From positions 160,001 to 224,000 of the IMG/VR virus record IMGVR_UViG_3300037851_000542: 64,000 nt of DNA. One strand, written 5' to 3'. The DNA is from a virus (Duplodnaviria; Caudoviricetes). Below the pieces are notes generated by a model, which saw only the letters and a list, made by a program, of their open reading frames with translations, ran no database searches and had not been told where the DNA came from. This document shows positions 27,495-38,006 of this stretch, piece by piece. Each line of letters opens with the position of its first letter. Positions within the stretch are counted from its first letter, which is position 1. The position numbers and the translations under genes were made by a program.

Positions 27495-28565
27495 TTATAG
27501 AGATCTATCAATAACACCCATAACTAGCATTCTAGGATCTAGTACAGCAATACCGTACTGTTGCCATCCATAGAAACCTTGCTTACCGTGTCTATGTAGA
27601 GTCTCGTCATCAAACAATTGTAGTTCTTGTTTAACAGGCATTACCAAAGAATCATTAACAGATAGATCAAATCCGAAGATTTGAGTTTCACCTGGGGTAA
27701 CTACTTGAAGGTTAGCATCAACAATATTAGCATTAGTTGGAGTATAGTCGTTGAAACTTCCACCAGCTCCTACTTTAAAAACACCGCCAGTAGAGGCATT
27801 TCCGTTAATATTATAAACACCTTGTGCTCCAAGTTGATGTACTTCGTGAAAAGTAACTCCCCACAGACTTCCCAAACCGCCTGCCTTGAAGATAACATTT
27901 CTTGACATATCGTCAATCTGTGATTCTGACCATTCTCTCATATCAGCCATATCTTCTGGTGACATATAAAGATCTGTCAAAGTTCTACGATTTCTCTTCA
28001 TTTTAGTCATCATACTGTTCAATAACTCTTTAGAGAAGAACCCTTCTGAAGCGCCGCCTGCAATTTCAACAATTGGAGCAGGTCTTGGTTTTAACAAACC
28101 TTTACCTGGGAACGCACTTGTTACTGAAGGTACAAGAACTCTCCAAGCAGACTCTTCTTCGTAATCAATCATTGCTCTTGCAGCTACTTTCATAGCTCTT
28201 TGTGCAATGTCAATACGTCCATCTCTAGCGTAGTCTAGAGCCCAATCAAAAGATGTTCCGACTTTAAAAATTGGAACAATAACTTCTTCTCCGGCTAGTT
28301 CGATAAAGTTCTGTGGAACTGCTCCAACCTTAGGAAGTACAAATACTGTACCTTCAAAGTCGTCTGCAATAGGGTAAGCAGCCTGTGCGCCAGGTGCTAG
28401 GTTTTCTACAGAAAAAAGTTGACGAGCTAAAGACATATCCTTTACATCCTGAAGGATCGGGACTGTTATAGCTTGCGCTACTGCTTTTCTAAGCTCTGGA
28501 TCAGCCCCTTGTGCTGCCGTTGCTTTTAAAAGCTCGATTAATTGATTTTTATTATCTATATCCAT
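27495..28565 (-). CDS. Major capsid protein (HK97 fold)
   Basis: 356 aa. ARQLFSVENLAPGAQAAYP, DIAQRAM..A.RAM...EE, LYMSPEDMAD, GFYGW.QYGIAVLDPR. Strong AGGAGG RBS and terminator; follows scaffold and decoration genes. Confidence 0.9.
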   Translation of the reverse strand: MDIDNKNQLIELLKATAAQGADPELRKAVAQAITVPILQDVKDMSLARQLFSVENLAPGAQAAYPIADDFEGTVFVLPKVGAVPQNFIELAGEEVIVPIFKVGTSFDWALDYARDGRIDIAQRAMKVAARAMIDYEEESAWRVLVPSVTSAFPGKGLLKPRPAPIVEIAGGASEGFFSKELLNSMMTKMKRNRRTLTDLYMSPEDMADMREWSESQIDDMSRNVIFKAGGLGSLWGVTFHEVHQLGAQGVYNINGNASTGGVFKVGAGGSFNDYTPTNANIVDANLQVVTPGETQIFGFDLSVNDSLVMPVKQELQLFDDETLHRHGKQGFYGWQQYGIAVLDPRMLVMGVIDRSL

Positions 28566-28582
28566 TTATAATTTTCCTCCTA

Positions 28583-29104
28583 TTACAACAACATTTTTAT
28601 AGCCAAAGGCTTTTGAGCAGATGCTTCTTCGTCCGTAAGAGGTTGAGTAGCAACTGCAATTACTTTAGCAGAGCCCCCTTCTTGAACTACCGATCCTGAA
28701 ACAGGAGTAGGTGTATTTACTAATTTTGAATTATCGTCGCTAACTGCAGCGTCAGTTAAACAGTAAAGTTTTGTTCCTGCGTCAATCCCTGCAGATCCAG
28801 AGTATTTGTAGTGAGTAGTCTCGAAAAGACCACCAGCTCCAATATATACAAGTACTGGGTCGCCTAGAAAAGCATCAACAGAACCTAATTCACCTGGGAA
28901 TAGAAAATTCTGTGGTAAACCAGGAATAGGAGATTTAACGTTATTGAACAGAATTCCGTAAGGAACTTGTCCGCTAGTAGTTATTTTTGCAATAGTGCCG
29001 TCGGCTTGGAGTTTAACAATAGATCCGCCTGCGGTAGCACCACTTGCAGCATCGTGATCATGAAGTGGATCTTCATTTACTGGAAGTCTTGGATTTAATA
29101 CCAT
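28583..29104 (-). CDS. Capsid decoration / cement protein
   Basis: 173 aa Gly-rich beta protein between scaffold and MCP (PYGIL, AGTKLY motifs). Confidence 0.65.
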   Translation of the reverse strand: MVLNPRLPVNEDPLHDHDAASGATAGGSIVKLQADGTIAKITTSGQVPYGILFNNVKSPIPGLPQNFLFPGELGSVDAFLGDPVLVYIGAGGLFETTHYKYSGSAGIDAGTKLYCLTDAAVSDDNSKLVNTPTPVSGSVVQEGGSAKVIAVATQPLTDEEASAQKPLAIKMLL

Positions 29105-29119
29105 AATATGTACCTACCT

Positions 29120-29872
29120 TTATTTATTTTTAAATGTATAAATACCTGTAAAAGCCTTTACTAAATCTAGTTCAGTTTTTACAGATGCTTGTTCTTTTAC
29201 AACAGATGAATCTACTTCACCTTCTTCAGCCAACTCTTCAATTACAACAGCTTTTTTAGAAATCTTTAAATTTTTTATAGCTCTTGAAACTAGGTCTTCA
29301 ACTTCTTCATCAGAAGCTGCTTGTTCTGGTTGATCATTACAGATTGAAGCGGCTACTTGAGCTGCATCAATTTGTGGGGTATTAATTTCAGATTTTTCAG
29401 CATAAGATAATTTTATGCTTTCAAAAATATCAACTAATTCTGTTTTATAGGACTCAAATTGCTCATTGGTCATTTCTGTTACTTTTTGAGCCTGCTCTCT
29501 TAGTCCGCCTTCACTGTTTCTTAATAGTTTTAGTTCTTCTAATTCAGACAACCTGTGATTTAAAATTTTAGCGTCTTCTATAAGTTTTAGTTCTTTTGCA
29601 TATTGGTTTTTTTGTTGTATTACCTCAGCAAGTTGGGCTTTTAGAGCCTCCATTTCAACTTTAACTTCTGCCAATTCCGCATTCTTCAATGTGGTTTCTT
29701 CCAAACTTAAAGAATGAAGCTCTTCGAGTTCAACTACTTGATCTGCCAATTCTTGCTTAATACTGGCTAGATCCTCCATTGCGGACTCCAAGCTTACGTG
29801 TTCTTCGTTTGGAGTTTTCTCCACTTCTGGTGTTTCTGTATTTTTCTTTGCCATTTCCAAAGAAACCTCCAT
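29120..29872 (-). CDS. Capsid scaffolding protein
   Basis: 250 aa, highly acidic coiled coil, between protease and MCP. Confidence 0.7.
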   Translation of the reverse strand: MEVSLEMAKKNTETPEVEKTPNEEHVSLESAMEDLASIKQELADQVVELEELHSLSLEETTLKNAELAEVKVEMEALKAQLAEVIQQKNQYAKELKLIEDAKILNHRLSELEELKLLRNSEGGLREQAQKVTEMTNEQFESYKTELVDIFESIKLSYAEKSEINTPQIDAAQVAASICNDQPEQAASDEEVEDLVSRAIKNLKISKKAVVIEELAEEGEVDSSVVKEQASVKTELDLVKAFTGIYTFKNK

Positions 29873-29956
29873 TATATATTGTTTAGTTTCGCTTTTAACT
29901 TATTTAATTCTTTAAAACATATAAATAACTGATATCTATACATTCCTATAAAGCCC

Positions 29957-29964
29957 ATAGTACA
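29957..29964 (-). promoter_or_regulatory. Putative late promoter motif TGTACTAT(GGG)
   Basis: Upstream of the scaffold-decoration-MCP operon; the 12-mer TTGTACTATGGG recurs at 41268-41279. Confidence 0.6.
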
Positions 29965-30022
29965 AATAATAAAATTTTTTAATACTTTAATATTTATATG
30001 GTTTTTATTTAAATTATTAAAT

Positions 30023-32200
30023 TTAACTTTCACGATCTTTAGTTAACCTGTTTCTAAAACTTTCAGTATTAATATTAAATTTGCTTGCAGCTCTTAAGAT
30101 ATTCACTGAAATTCTTGATCTTTCTTCTATACTTAACTCTTCTAATTTTAAGAAACTATACCTACTCATTGCTGCTAACACTTGTTCTCTAGAAGATAAT
30201 GGAAGAAGTTGTAATCTTGGTACTGCATACTCTGTATTAAATACCTCATTTGCTTTTAACTTAAATAATGCGTTCTTTTCAAACTCTTTTGTATTAATAC
30301 CGAATTTATCTGCAGCAACTATTAAATTTACAAATAATTCTTTTTTCTTAGAAAAAGATTTTATTTTTTTACAGATATTGTTGTATATAGCCATAGTGCT
30401 TTTAACATATTGATCTGTATGAAGAGGAAATTGACGCTCAGATTGGAGTCCGAAATCGCTACTTTTTAAACTTGCCCGTTCAGAGGCTGTCATAGGTTTA
30501 ACGTGTATAGGAAAATCCATATAAGGATTACTTATTTTTAGCGCTTTTTTTGGTTTAATTGGCGCTGAAGGAATATCAGTATCTTCTAAAGAAGGTGTAT
30601 CAATTGTAGTATCCACCATTGTATCTTTTGATAATTTATTACCTTTTATATCATTATTTGTTGTGCCCCTAAGATCATCAGTAGTCATATTATCGTAGTC
30701 TAGTTTATCATTTATGATCTGCTCCTCAGTCATTTGAGAGGGCATATCACCAGCGGATAATATTTCTATATTCTCATCAGATAATGGTGTACTTGGATTA
30801 AATGCAGTTGGTACTGTATAGTAATCATTTACATACCCCATTTTTGTCATTCTGGCATATTTATTTCTTAGGCAATCTTTATCTTGCGCGTTTGCTCCAA
30901 GTACTGTGCAAGGCTTATTAAACAAGCTGCACCAATGCGTGGCAATTAATTTACCCTGTTGAATACCTTTGTCTCTTTGGAATACATATTTTTTAAAATT
31001 TACACATAATCCTGCAGTACTATTATCTGGACCAAACCTAGACGCTAAAGCTGCGGCTTCTTTAGACCCACCTATAGATATTATCTCTTTTATAGATCCT
31101 GCATCTGAGGTTTTATATAATACTCCTTCAGCATTTTTAATATCACTTGCTGCGTTTGTAGCTGCAAAATTACTATTTAAACTTAGTATTGTATAGGCGT
31201 GCTCGTTGCCTGACTTTTTAGCTACTTCAGTTAAAAGTACTGCGGTTTTTTGTGCCTCATTATAATCAATAGTAAAGGAGTCTTTTATTAATTCAAAAGA
31301 ATCTTTAGAGTTTTTTGCTACCAAGTAACCATAACTACCAGTCTGTAGAATTGCGGAACTATCAAGATCTTCTGAAAGTGGGGAGTCTTGTACTTGTTCG
31401 TTTTGTAGGCTTACTGTGGCAGCCTCTTTATCCTCTAATAGGCTACTTTGATCTAGAAGATGCTCAGCACTGTTAGCTGCTTCTAGTATTATTGACCTAT
31501 CATTTGCTGGATTCTTTACTATACCGCACCCACAAAATTTGATATTCCTTAGGACTCTGGATACCATATGAGTACCTAAAGATTGACCACCTACTACCAA
31601 ATTTAAATGATTTAATATAGATTGATTAGTTTTTCCTATTAAATTGGTACCTAGATCCTCTTTTTTAATTATTTTACTTCCAATTTTTATATCAAAATCT
31701 GAATAATAACACTCCATAGATACTTTCCATTCACCTGCTGCTACTTCTTCTGCTATTTCTGGAAACCTATCTTTATATATTACTGCTACAATGCCAACAT
31801 CCATTTCTGATGAATCTAAGGAAGCTATCATTGTTGAATAATCTTCTGATTTTTCTTTTTTGCACTCTGCTTGTAGCTTATTGTATAAACTATCTATATC
31901 TAATACATCACCATTCTGATCAAAATACATACTAGAATAAATATGTCCTATAATTTTATCCTCTTTATGTTCTAGATCTAGAGCCTTTAAATTAATTGTA
32001 TCTTTAGCTAATACTAATTCAGAACCAAGAAAAGTAGCCATATTTTTATTAGTTCCAGTAGAAACTAAAATAGCTGACATAAATAATAGGTCTTTTTGAT
32101 CGTTCTCTGGTAAAGACAGCTTAGCTGCTATTTCTTTTTTTTGCTTAACTGTTAGATTACCTGGTAATAGAGTCGCCTCTAAATTAAATTTATGTTTCAT
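30023..32200 (-). CDS. Prohead protease with C-terminal accessory domains
   Basis: N-terminus has AILVSTGTNKN, LDLEH, WKVSMECYY and FCGCGIVKNPAN (caudoviral protease pattern). C-terminus carries two DUF6582-like repeats (FGL...QFPLH; YAVP..LLPL). Confidence 0.75.
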   Translation of the reverse strand: MKHKFNLEATLLPGNLTVKQKKEIAAKLSLPENDQKDLLFMSAILVSTGTNKNMATFLGSELVLAKDTINLKALDLEHKEDKIIGHIYSSMYFDQNGDVLDIDSLYNKLQAECKKEKSEDYSTMIASLDSSEMDVGIVAVIYKDRFPEIAEEVAAGEWKVSMECYYSDFDIKIGSKIIKKEDLGTNLIGKTNQSILNHLNLVVGGQSLGTHMVSRVLRNIKFCGCGIVKNPANDRSIILEAANSAEHLLDQSSLLEDKEAATVSLQNEQVQDSPLSEDLDSSAILQTGSYGYLVAKNSKDSFELIKDSFTIDYNEAQKTAVLLTEVAKKSGNEHAYTILSLNSNFAATNAASDIKNAEGVLYKTSDAGSIKEIISIGGSKEAAALASRFGPDNSTAGLCVNFKKYVFQRDKGIQQGKLIATHWCSLFNKPCTVLGANAQDKDCLRNKYARMTKMGYVNDYYTVPTAFNPSTPLSDENIEILSAGDMPSQMTEEQIINDKLDYDNMTTDDLRGTTNNDIKGNKLSKDTMVDTTIDTPSLEDTDIPSAPIKPKKALKISNPYMDFPIHVKPMTASERASLKSSDFGLQSERQFPLHTDQYVKSTMAIYNNICKKIKSFSKKKELFVNLIVAADKFGINTKEFEKNALFKLKANEVFNTEYAVPRLQLLPLSSREQVLAAMSRYSFLKLEELSIEERSRISVNILRAASKFNINTESFRNRLTKDRES

Positions 32201-32210
32201 AGTATAGCCT

Positions 32211-32798
32211 CTATTTTATATCTTTTTCTGTTAGACCTTTATCTCTTTCTGCCGGTGTTGGTTTGCCTATTTTATAATACAAAGATACTAACTTTTTTAT
32301 CATTTTTTCTTTTTGACCTGCTGGAAGAATTACTTTATTTCCCATAAAACCCTCGTGTAAAGCTGCCCAAGCATTTCCCATAAGTCCTATATCCGGCTTA
32401 CCATTTACCTTTACTTGAAGTTTCCATTTTGATTTTTTAGTTTTATCAGGAACAAAAAGAAAATCACTATAAATGTCAGATCTTGATAATTCAGTAAAAT
32501 TTAATACAGAGGAGTCTTCCATTGTCTCTTCGTCTTCATCTTCGCCCTCCTTAGTGTCCTCTAAGTACTGCCGTATTTGCATCATTTGGTTATTAGTGTC
32601 TTGTTGTATTTGATTATAAGACTCTCTTAATGAAGTAACTATGGATTGCATTTCAGCAACGTGATCCAGTATCATACTTATGTATTCTAAATCCTCAGAA
32701 TTATAAACATCCTGCACACAGACTGATAACTTGCTAAGTATAGCGTCTATAATAGTCTGATACGCTCTTAATTTTAATATAATTTCTTGTAAACTCAT
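32211..32798 (-). CDS. Head morphogenesis-associated protein (coiled coil plus DUF6582-like domain)
   Basis: C-terminal SKWKL...AWAAL..G..G..V.LP...KL..LY.K.G; lies between portal and protease. Confidence 0.45.
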   Translation of the reverse strand: MSLQEIILKLRAYQTIIDAILSKLSVCVQDVYNSEDLEYISMILDHVAEMQSIVTSLRESYNQIQQDTNNQMMQIRQYLEDTKEGEDEDEETMEDSSVLNFTELSRSDIYSDFLFVPDKTKKSKWKLQVKVNGKPDIGLMGNAWAALHEGFMGNKVILPAGQKEKMIKKLVSLYYKIGKPTPAERDKGLTEKDIK

Positions 32799-32838
32799 TT
32801 AGTTACTCCTATTATGTAAACATATAACATAAATAGTA

Positions 32839-34875
32839 CTATGCATCGTTTTCCATATTATTAAATATATAGTCTATTAATTCCTCTTTTGTCATATCAT
32901 CAAGGCTTGCTCTAGATACAGGTTGCTGCGAAGCTGCAGGGGGCTTAGTTTGCCTAGTTACTGTCTTTGCTGGGTTAACAGGAGCTTTAGGCATTGTAGG
33001 CTGTGACTTAGGTCTTCCGTCTGTTACATTAGTTTGTTGAAAGGGACTGCCTTGTATTCCTATACCTTCATTAATTAAAATTTGATGTTCTGCTCTCATT
33101 TTTTCTAATTCAGATTTAGGATCTAACCCTATTGCGAATTGCACTGTTTCTCTAGAGGCAATTTGCCTATCAGCTAGTTGCATCCAAGTAGCTTTGGTTA
33201 CCGCATCGGAATCTGTGGTAATTTTAGTATTTTTCCACCTAACTACTGGAAAAGTAGAAAACCCAGCTTGAATAGCTATATTTCTATACTCGGCATATAC
33301 CCAATTAGATACAATTTCTCGTGCAGCATCTATCTCACTTTGGAGGGCTTTAGATGATAAAATACCCGCTGCATTTGTAATAGTGTGTCCGTCTATCAAA
33401 GCTCTAGTTATACCTAATGCTGCAGTAATATCTAAATTAACTGGTTCATATTTTTTTAAACCAAGTATTTCTCCAATCTCAGGGTTGGTAATTTTCTCTA
33501 TATTTAATGCGTGATGCCATACTATTGTAAAAGCTTTTTGAGGTGTATCAAAAGCTTCAGCCATTGCCTCTAGTACTGAGAGGTCAGTTACAGGATTATC
33601 TTTATCCCCTACAGTGACTTTTAAAATTTGATTAAATATTCCATCTAAGGTGGCGTAATCTGCTTTTATTAACTCTTCTTTATAATCAAATGAATCAAAT
33701 GCTCTGGACCCTTTTGGCTTTGCATATATTTCAAAGTCGTTTTTTCTTAAGTATATGGTACTAATAAGATTATCTTTGTCTATGTAATCTTCTGCATTTT
33801 TAGCAGCTGCTCTAATTTTACTAGGAATTAACTTTAGTATTTCATTTTCTTTTTTACTGATCTTTCCTTCTTGCTTTCTTTCTTCTAAGTCTGCTATACC
33901 TTTAAGTGCTGAAGACTTTAATACAAGTGTTTCCCCGCCAAAAAATCCAGTACTCAGTATTTGGACCTGTTTAGGGTCCAGTATAGTGTATGACAGTGGA
34001 ATATTTGATACACTGGCGTTCTCTTGTTGAGCAGCTCTTGTTATAGCAGCCTCTATGTGTTTATCACTTACTAAGTGCCCTCTGTCAGCAAAATATTTAG
34101 ATATTAATTGTTTAGCTTTTTCTCTGGTTTTTGAGTTTGGCTCTTGTCCTGGTAAAGAACTTACATTGTTAGCATTCGGCTCATAAGCCCCAAGACCTGG
34201 CAATATATAGACGACAGAGTATTTAAATAGATTTTGAAATATTTTAACAATTACGCTTTGAAAATTAGTGTCTTGCGCCCAAGCATCATAGAATTGTTTT
34301 ATCTCTAGATCCGCTACTTCATTATGAAATCCTGTTGCTGAAAAATTAGATAAAATATCCAGTGTAGAGCCATAAATACCAGTTTTATAGTATTCGTCTT
34401 CGGATCTTTTATATAAATCTAAAGCCCCTTGAGAGTCTGGGGTATCTCTTCTAAGGTCTAGGTTAGTCTTATCTAGTTTGTCTCTATATCGTTGGTCTAA
34501 GGAGGCTGCTATTTCTAAGTTTGAATTAACTGAATCTACTGTATCGAATACTTTATTTAAATCCTTATTATTTTTCTTTGCCTCATCAATATCTTTTAAC
34601 CCTGCCAACTTTATCTTATTTATGGTCTCTTTAGTTCTTCTGCTGGCATATTTACCAAATAAAGAATTGGGATTAACATCATAGCTTTTAATTAGCTTCT
34701 TTACATTATTTTTGTCTAGGTTGAACAGTTCTCCAACTTTTTTATCTTTAATACCAACAGTAAAGGAATACTGACCTTGATCTACTTTTTTAAGATCACT
34801 AAAGGCTACCTTACCAGAAGATATACTATTAAGTCTATTTTGTATTTTTAATAAGCTATCTTCTTCTTTTACCAT
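32839..34875 (-). CDS. Portal protein
   Basis: 678 aa directly after TerL; ILKVTVGD..P, long helical region, Pro-rich tail. Confidence 0.8.
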   Translation of the reverse strand: MVKEEDSLLKIQNRLNSISSGKVAFSDLKKVDQGQYSFTVGIKDKKVGELFNLDKNNVKKLIKSYDVNPNSLFGKYASRRTKETINKIKLAGLKDIDEAKKNNKDLNKVFDTVDSVNSNLEIAASLDQRYRDKLDKTNLDLRRDTPDSQGALDLYKRSEDEYYKTGIYGSTLDILSNFSATGFHNEVADLEIKQFYDAWAQDTNFQSVIVKIFQNLFKYSVVYILPGLGAYEPNANNVSSLPGQEPNSKTREKAKQLISKYFADRGHLVSDKHIEAAITRAAQQENASVSNIPLSYTILDPKQVQILSTGFFGGETLVLKSSALKGIADLEERKQEGKISKKENEILKLIPSKIRAAAKNAEDYIDKDNLISTIYLRKNDFEIYAKPKGSRAFDSFDYKEELIKADYATLDGIFNQILKVTVGDKDNPVTDLSVLEAMAEAFDTPQKAFTIVWHHALNIEKITNPEIGEILGLKKYEPVNLDITAALGITRALIDGHTITNAAGILSSKALQSEIDAAREIVSNWVYAEYRNIAIQAGFSTFPVVRWKNTKITTDSDAVTKATWMQLADRQIASRETVQFAIGLDPKSELEKMRAEHQILINEGIGIQGSPFQQTNVTDGRPKSQPTMPKAPVNPAKTVTRQTKPPAASQQPVSRASLDDMTKEELIDYIFNNMENDA

Positions 34876-37372
34876 TTCTTCCTTTATTACCGTTTTTTAT
34901 AATTATACCGCCATTGGGAATAACAGTTTTAGATACCGTATTTAAATTTAAATTTAATTCCTCTGAAGACAGCGCAGATCTTGGCATTAGTTTACTATTG
35001 AATATAGTATTACCTGAAGATTTGTATTTAGCTCTTAAATCTGTCAGGTCCTCTGTCTTAATAATACCTTGACTTACTACCTTCCTTTCTTCTTCTATGT
35101 GTTTAAATGATAGTTCGTAGGCACAACTTCCTGCCAACATTAGAGCAGTATATAAATCTTTTCTTCTTACTTGAAGGTTTGCCTTATTTTCATACCCACG
35201 AGATCCTGCACTTTTTGGAAGATCGAATCTCAAGCTTCCTGATGCGTTAGGTGTTATTACTATGCTCGCCGCTTGATTTATCATTAATTGAACTAAGTCT
35301 ACGGTTTTTTTAGTGTCAGACTTCTTTACCGAAGTTTGAACCTCAGCTTCTATAGGGTTTGTAGAGTCCGGAAACAATAATGCCCTTTGTTCCAGTAGTG
35401 TTTTTGTATTATTATTTAACTCAGCCCATATGGTAGGGCTAAAGTCTACTAGTCTTAAAATTTTCATTCCGGATTGCTGGTGATTAGCATCTTCAGATAT
35501 AACTTTTAAAGAAGGTGACATACCAACAGATTGAGGATCTAATAAGTAATCCTTTAACGAGGTACCTCCTCCTCCCGCATCCATATAAATTTTAATAGGT
35601 CTAAACTTATTAATTAGCTCTAAAAGGTGTCGGGCTTGATCAGGAAAAGCGGTACTTTCTAATTGTGCTAAGTGTATTAAATGATTTGGGTACCCAAGTC
35701 GAATTACCACAATAGCTGTTGCATCCCTATCTCTGGCTACGTCCACTCCAAATATATACTGACTCTTACCGCTTGGATCTCCAATTTGAGTTGGAATAAC
35801 TGTCTTATCCCTACACCCATCTAGCAAACTCATTGGAAAAGCTCCTGCGCTATCACCTACCCATTCAGCGCACCACTCCGTTTTAAATACGTGATCTGGA
35901 TCGTTCTCCCGCGCAGCTTGTACAATTTCCTGAGAAAGAAAACCTTCAGGCAAGTAATGATAAGGAATAAAGTTTAAATTATATTTTTTATCTCCATTTT
36001 TTATATTCTTATAAAATGTACAAATTTCTTTCCACCAGTAATTAAATTGATAATAGCCTGAAGTTACTCCAATATAAGAGTTACCACTTATTAAGGAGCT
36101 TTCTGGTACTTTATCCCCATACTTCTCTCTAAGCTCTTTAATTCTTCTAACGTTTTCCATAGGATTGGAATCCGTAGACAGTATAGGTCTTATTGCTGAT
36201 CTAAATATATGCTCTGGGAGTTGGGCAATCTCATCGAGCAATATTAATTGGGCGCGTTCCCCTCTTATCTTACTTCCGTCATTTCCCACTGGTAATGCTT
36301 TTAAAATACTTGGTGGTTGTCTTCCCACTCTTCTAGTGGCGCAATATGCAGAGTCTGTTCTTATGCTGGGTCCTTTGGCATCTATGCATTCTTGCAGGAA
36401 AGGACTCTCGTGATATAACTTTTCAAACTCCGCAAATATTAATTTTGATTGCCTAAAGCTTGGAGCAAATACACATATGTTTGTACCTGGATAGAGCATC
36501 ATTCTAAGGGCTAAGTAAAGAGCAGAGAGAAATGTATTGTGTGTTACTATATAGTTATCTACTATATAAAGACCCTCTGGGTCTTCTATCATAATGCACC
36601 TACCTGGTTTGGATTCTATTGGAAGTACTTCTTTTATATATAAACCTGATATCTCATAGGAGTCTTTTAAAATAACATCTAAGTCTAAATTAGTGTCGTT
36701 TTCTCTTGTAAAAATAGAGCATACGTGACCTAGCGACCATAATTTTTTCTGAACCTCTAAGGCTAGATCTTTAGTTAAATTTTCATAATACCCTGAACAC
36801 AAATAAGAACAATTTAAAGATTTCTTTATAAACTCTTCTGTTTCTTTTTTATCTATCGTCGGTAAATCTCCGACTAAAGGTATATAAACATCTGCTCCAA
36901 ATTCAATAAGAGTTTTTATTTTTTCTGTTGTTAGAACCTTTTTATTAAACTCATTAAAGACTAACCATTGATGGTCCTTGCAAGCTTCAATTTCCCTGCC
37001 GTCTACAAATACTACTTTAAACATTACAGGGTTAGATTCGCAGGATATATTAACTATTTTTGATTTATTACCTTCTGGGGTAATAACCTCATCACCAATA
37101 TTTAGGGTATCAATTCTTTTAAATCCATCCGGAGTTAAAACATTAGTACTGTCCGATAATAGCTTTCCAAATCCCCGACTAGCAGTTAATACACAAAATC
37201 TACCATTCCACCAGTCTAGTAATACTTTTTGCTGAATAGCTGGTAAAGTTACTGGTTCACTTTGCCTTACTAATAGATGATTAGCTGCTATAATAGGGTT
37301 AGTCCTATAATAGGAAATTAGTCTTATAAAATCATCGCTGATTAGATTAGGATCTGGTTTTATTAAAATCAA
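34856..37372 (-). CDS. terL: Terminase large subunit, intein-containing
   Basis: Walker A SRGFGK|T split by an intein; Walker B LILLDE; RNase H-like nuclease FGVDVAR, IYMDAGGGG, KDLY. Confidence 0.95.
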   Translation of the reverse strand: MILIKPDPNLISDDFIRLISYYRTNPIIAANHLLVRQSEPVTLPAIQQKVLLDWWNGRFCVLTASRGFGKLLSDSTNVLTPDGFKRIDTLNIGDEVITPEGNKSKIVNISCESNPVMFKVVFVDGREIEACKDHQWLVFNEFNKKVLTTEKIKTLIEFGADVYIPLVGDLPTIDKKETEEFIKKSLNCSYLCSGYYENLTKDLALEVQKKLWSLGHVCSIFTRENDTNLDLDVILKDSYEISGLYIKEVLPIESKPGRCIMIEDPEGLYIVDNYIVTHNTFLSALYLALRMMLYPGTNICVFAPSFRQSKLIFAEFEKLYHESPFLQECIDAKGPSIRTDSAYCATRRVGRQPPSILKALPVGNDGSKIRGERAQLILLDEIAQLPEHIFRSAIRPILSTDSNPMENVRRIKELREKYGDKVPESSLISGNSYIGVTSGYYQFNYWWKEICTFYKNIKNGDKKYNLNFIPYHYLPEGFLSQEIVQAARENDPDHVFKTEWCAEWVGDSAGAFPMSLLDGCRDKTVIPTQIGDPSGKSQYIFGVDVARDRDATAIVVIRLGYPNHLIHLAQLESTAFPDQARHLLELINKFRPIKIYMDAGGGGTSLKDYLLDPQSVGMSPSLKVISEDANHQQSGMKILRLVDFSPTIWAELNNNTKTLLEQRALLFPDSTNPIEAEVQTSVKKSDTKKTVDLVQLMINQAASIVITPNASGSLRFDLPKSAGSRGYENKANLQVRRKDLYTALMLAGSCAYELSFKHIEEERKVVSQGIIKTEDLTDLRAKYKSSGNTIFNSKLMPRSALSSEELNLNLNTVSKTVIPNGGIIIKNGNKGRNGKRRR
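36536..37162 (-). mobile_element. Class 3 mini-intein (209 aa) in the TerL Walker A
   Basis: Residues 71-279. Starts LLSDSTNVLTPDG, ends IVTHN|T. Has the W (DHQW), C (GRCIMI) and T (VTHN) triplet; no intact LAGLIDADG motifs. Confidence 0.9.
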
Positions 37373-37379
37373 AGTTGAA

Positions 37380-38006
37380 TCACTCTAATACATTATCTTT
37401 TAATTTAGGTTCCATATACTCATCTAAGGACTGATATTTATCTAAGGTATCAGAATAATACTTTGCTAAGGCTTCAACTGCTTCGTTTATATCTATTTTT
37501 TTTACTTCATCTATTAGATCTAACATAGTTTTGGACTTAGTTAAATCTCTAGATTCCTTTCTATCCTTAGTTCTTATGTTTAAGTTTTCTTTTCTTTTTT
37601 CAATCTGTTTACTCATTTTATCAAAATGATCTAATAGGACTTTATTTTCATAATCCTTTTTATCAAAACTAGCATCATTTATCATTTTACACATCTCATC
37701 AAAAGAGATTACATCCCTATAAAGTTGTGCTATCTCTTCAACTTCAGTTGTTGTGACTGTTTCGGCTCCAAGGGTTATAATCATCTGGTCACATAACATT
37801 AAAAATCTATCTCTAGTCCCCATAGGTAAAGTTTCTTGAGGCACATAAAGAAAAATTACGCTTTCATTTATATAGTTATTTCTCATATGAAACTGAGAAT
37901 TTTTGGAAGTGTACCCCTGTTGTTGTATTACAGAGCTAGCACTTGGTAAGCCTAGTACTACAGGTTGTGATTGGGATTTAGGTGGTCTTCCTCTTTTTCC
38001 TGCCAC
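37380..38006 (-). CDS. Putative terminase small subunit
   Basis: 208 aa helical, immediately upstream of TerL; N-terminal KRGRPPK (AT-hook-like). Confidence 0.5.
   Translation of the reverse strand: MAGKRGRPPKSQSQPVVLGLPSASSVIQQQGYTSKNSQFHMRNNYINESVIFLYVPQETLPMGTRDRFLMLCDQMIITLGAETVTTTEVEEIAQLYRDVISFDEMCKMINDASFDKKDYENKVLLDHFDKMSKQIEKRKENLNIRTKDRKESRDLTKSKTMLDLIDEVKKIDINEAVEALAKYYSDTLDKYQSLDEYMEPKLKDNVLE

Noticed and set aside
32199-32206. Additional TATACTAT match at the protease start codon (and AGTACTAT at 32833)
   Set aside because: The first overlaps the ATG itself and the second is a mismatch overlapping the portal stop; neither was counted in the promoter set.
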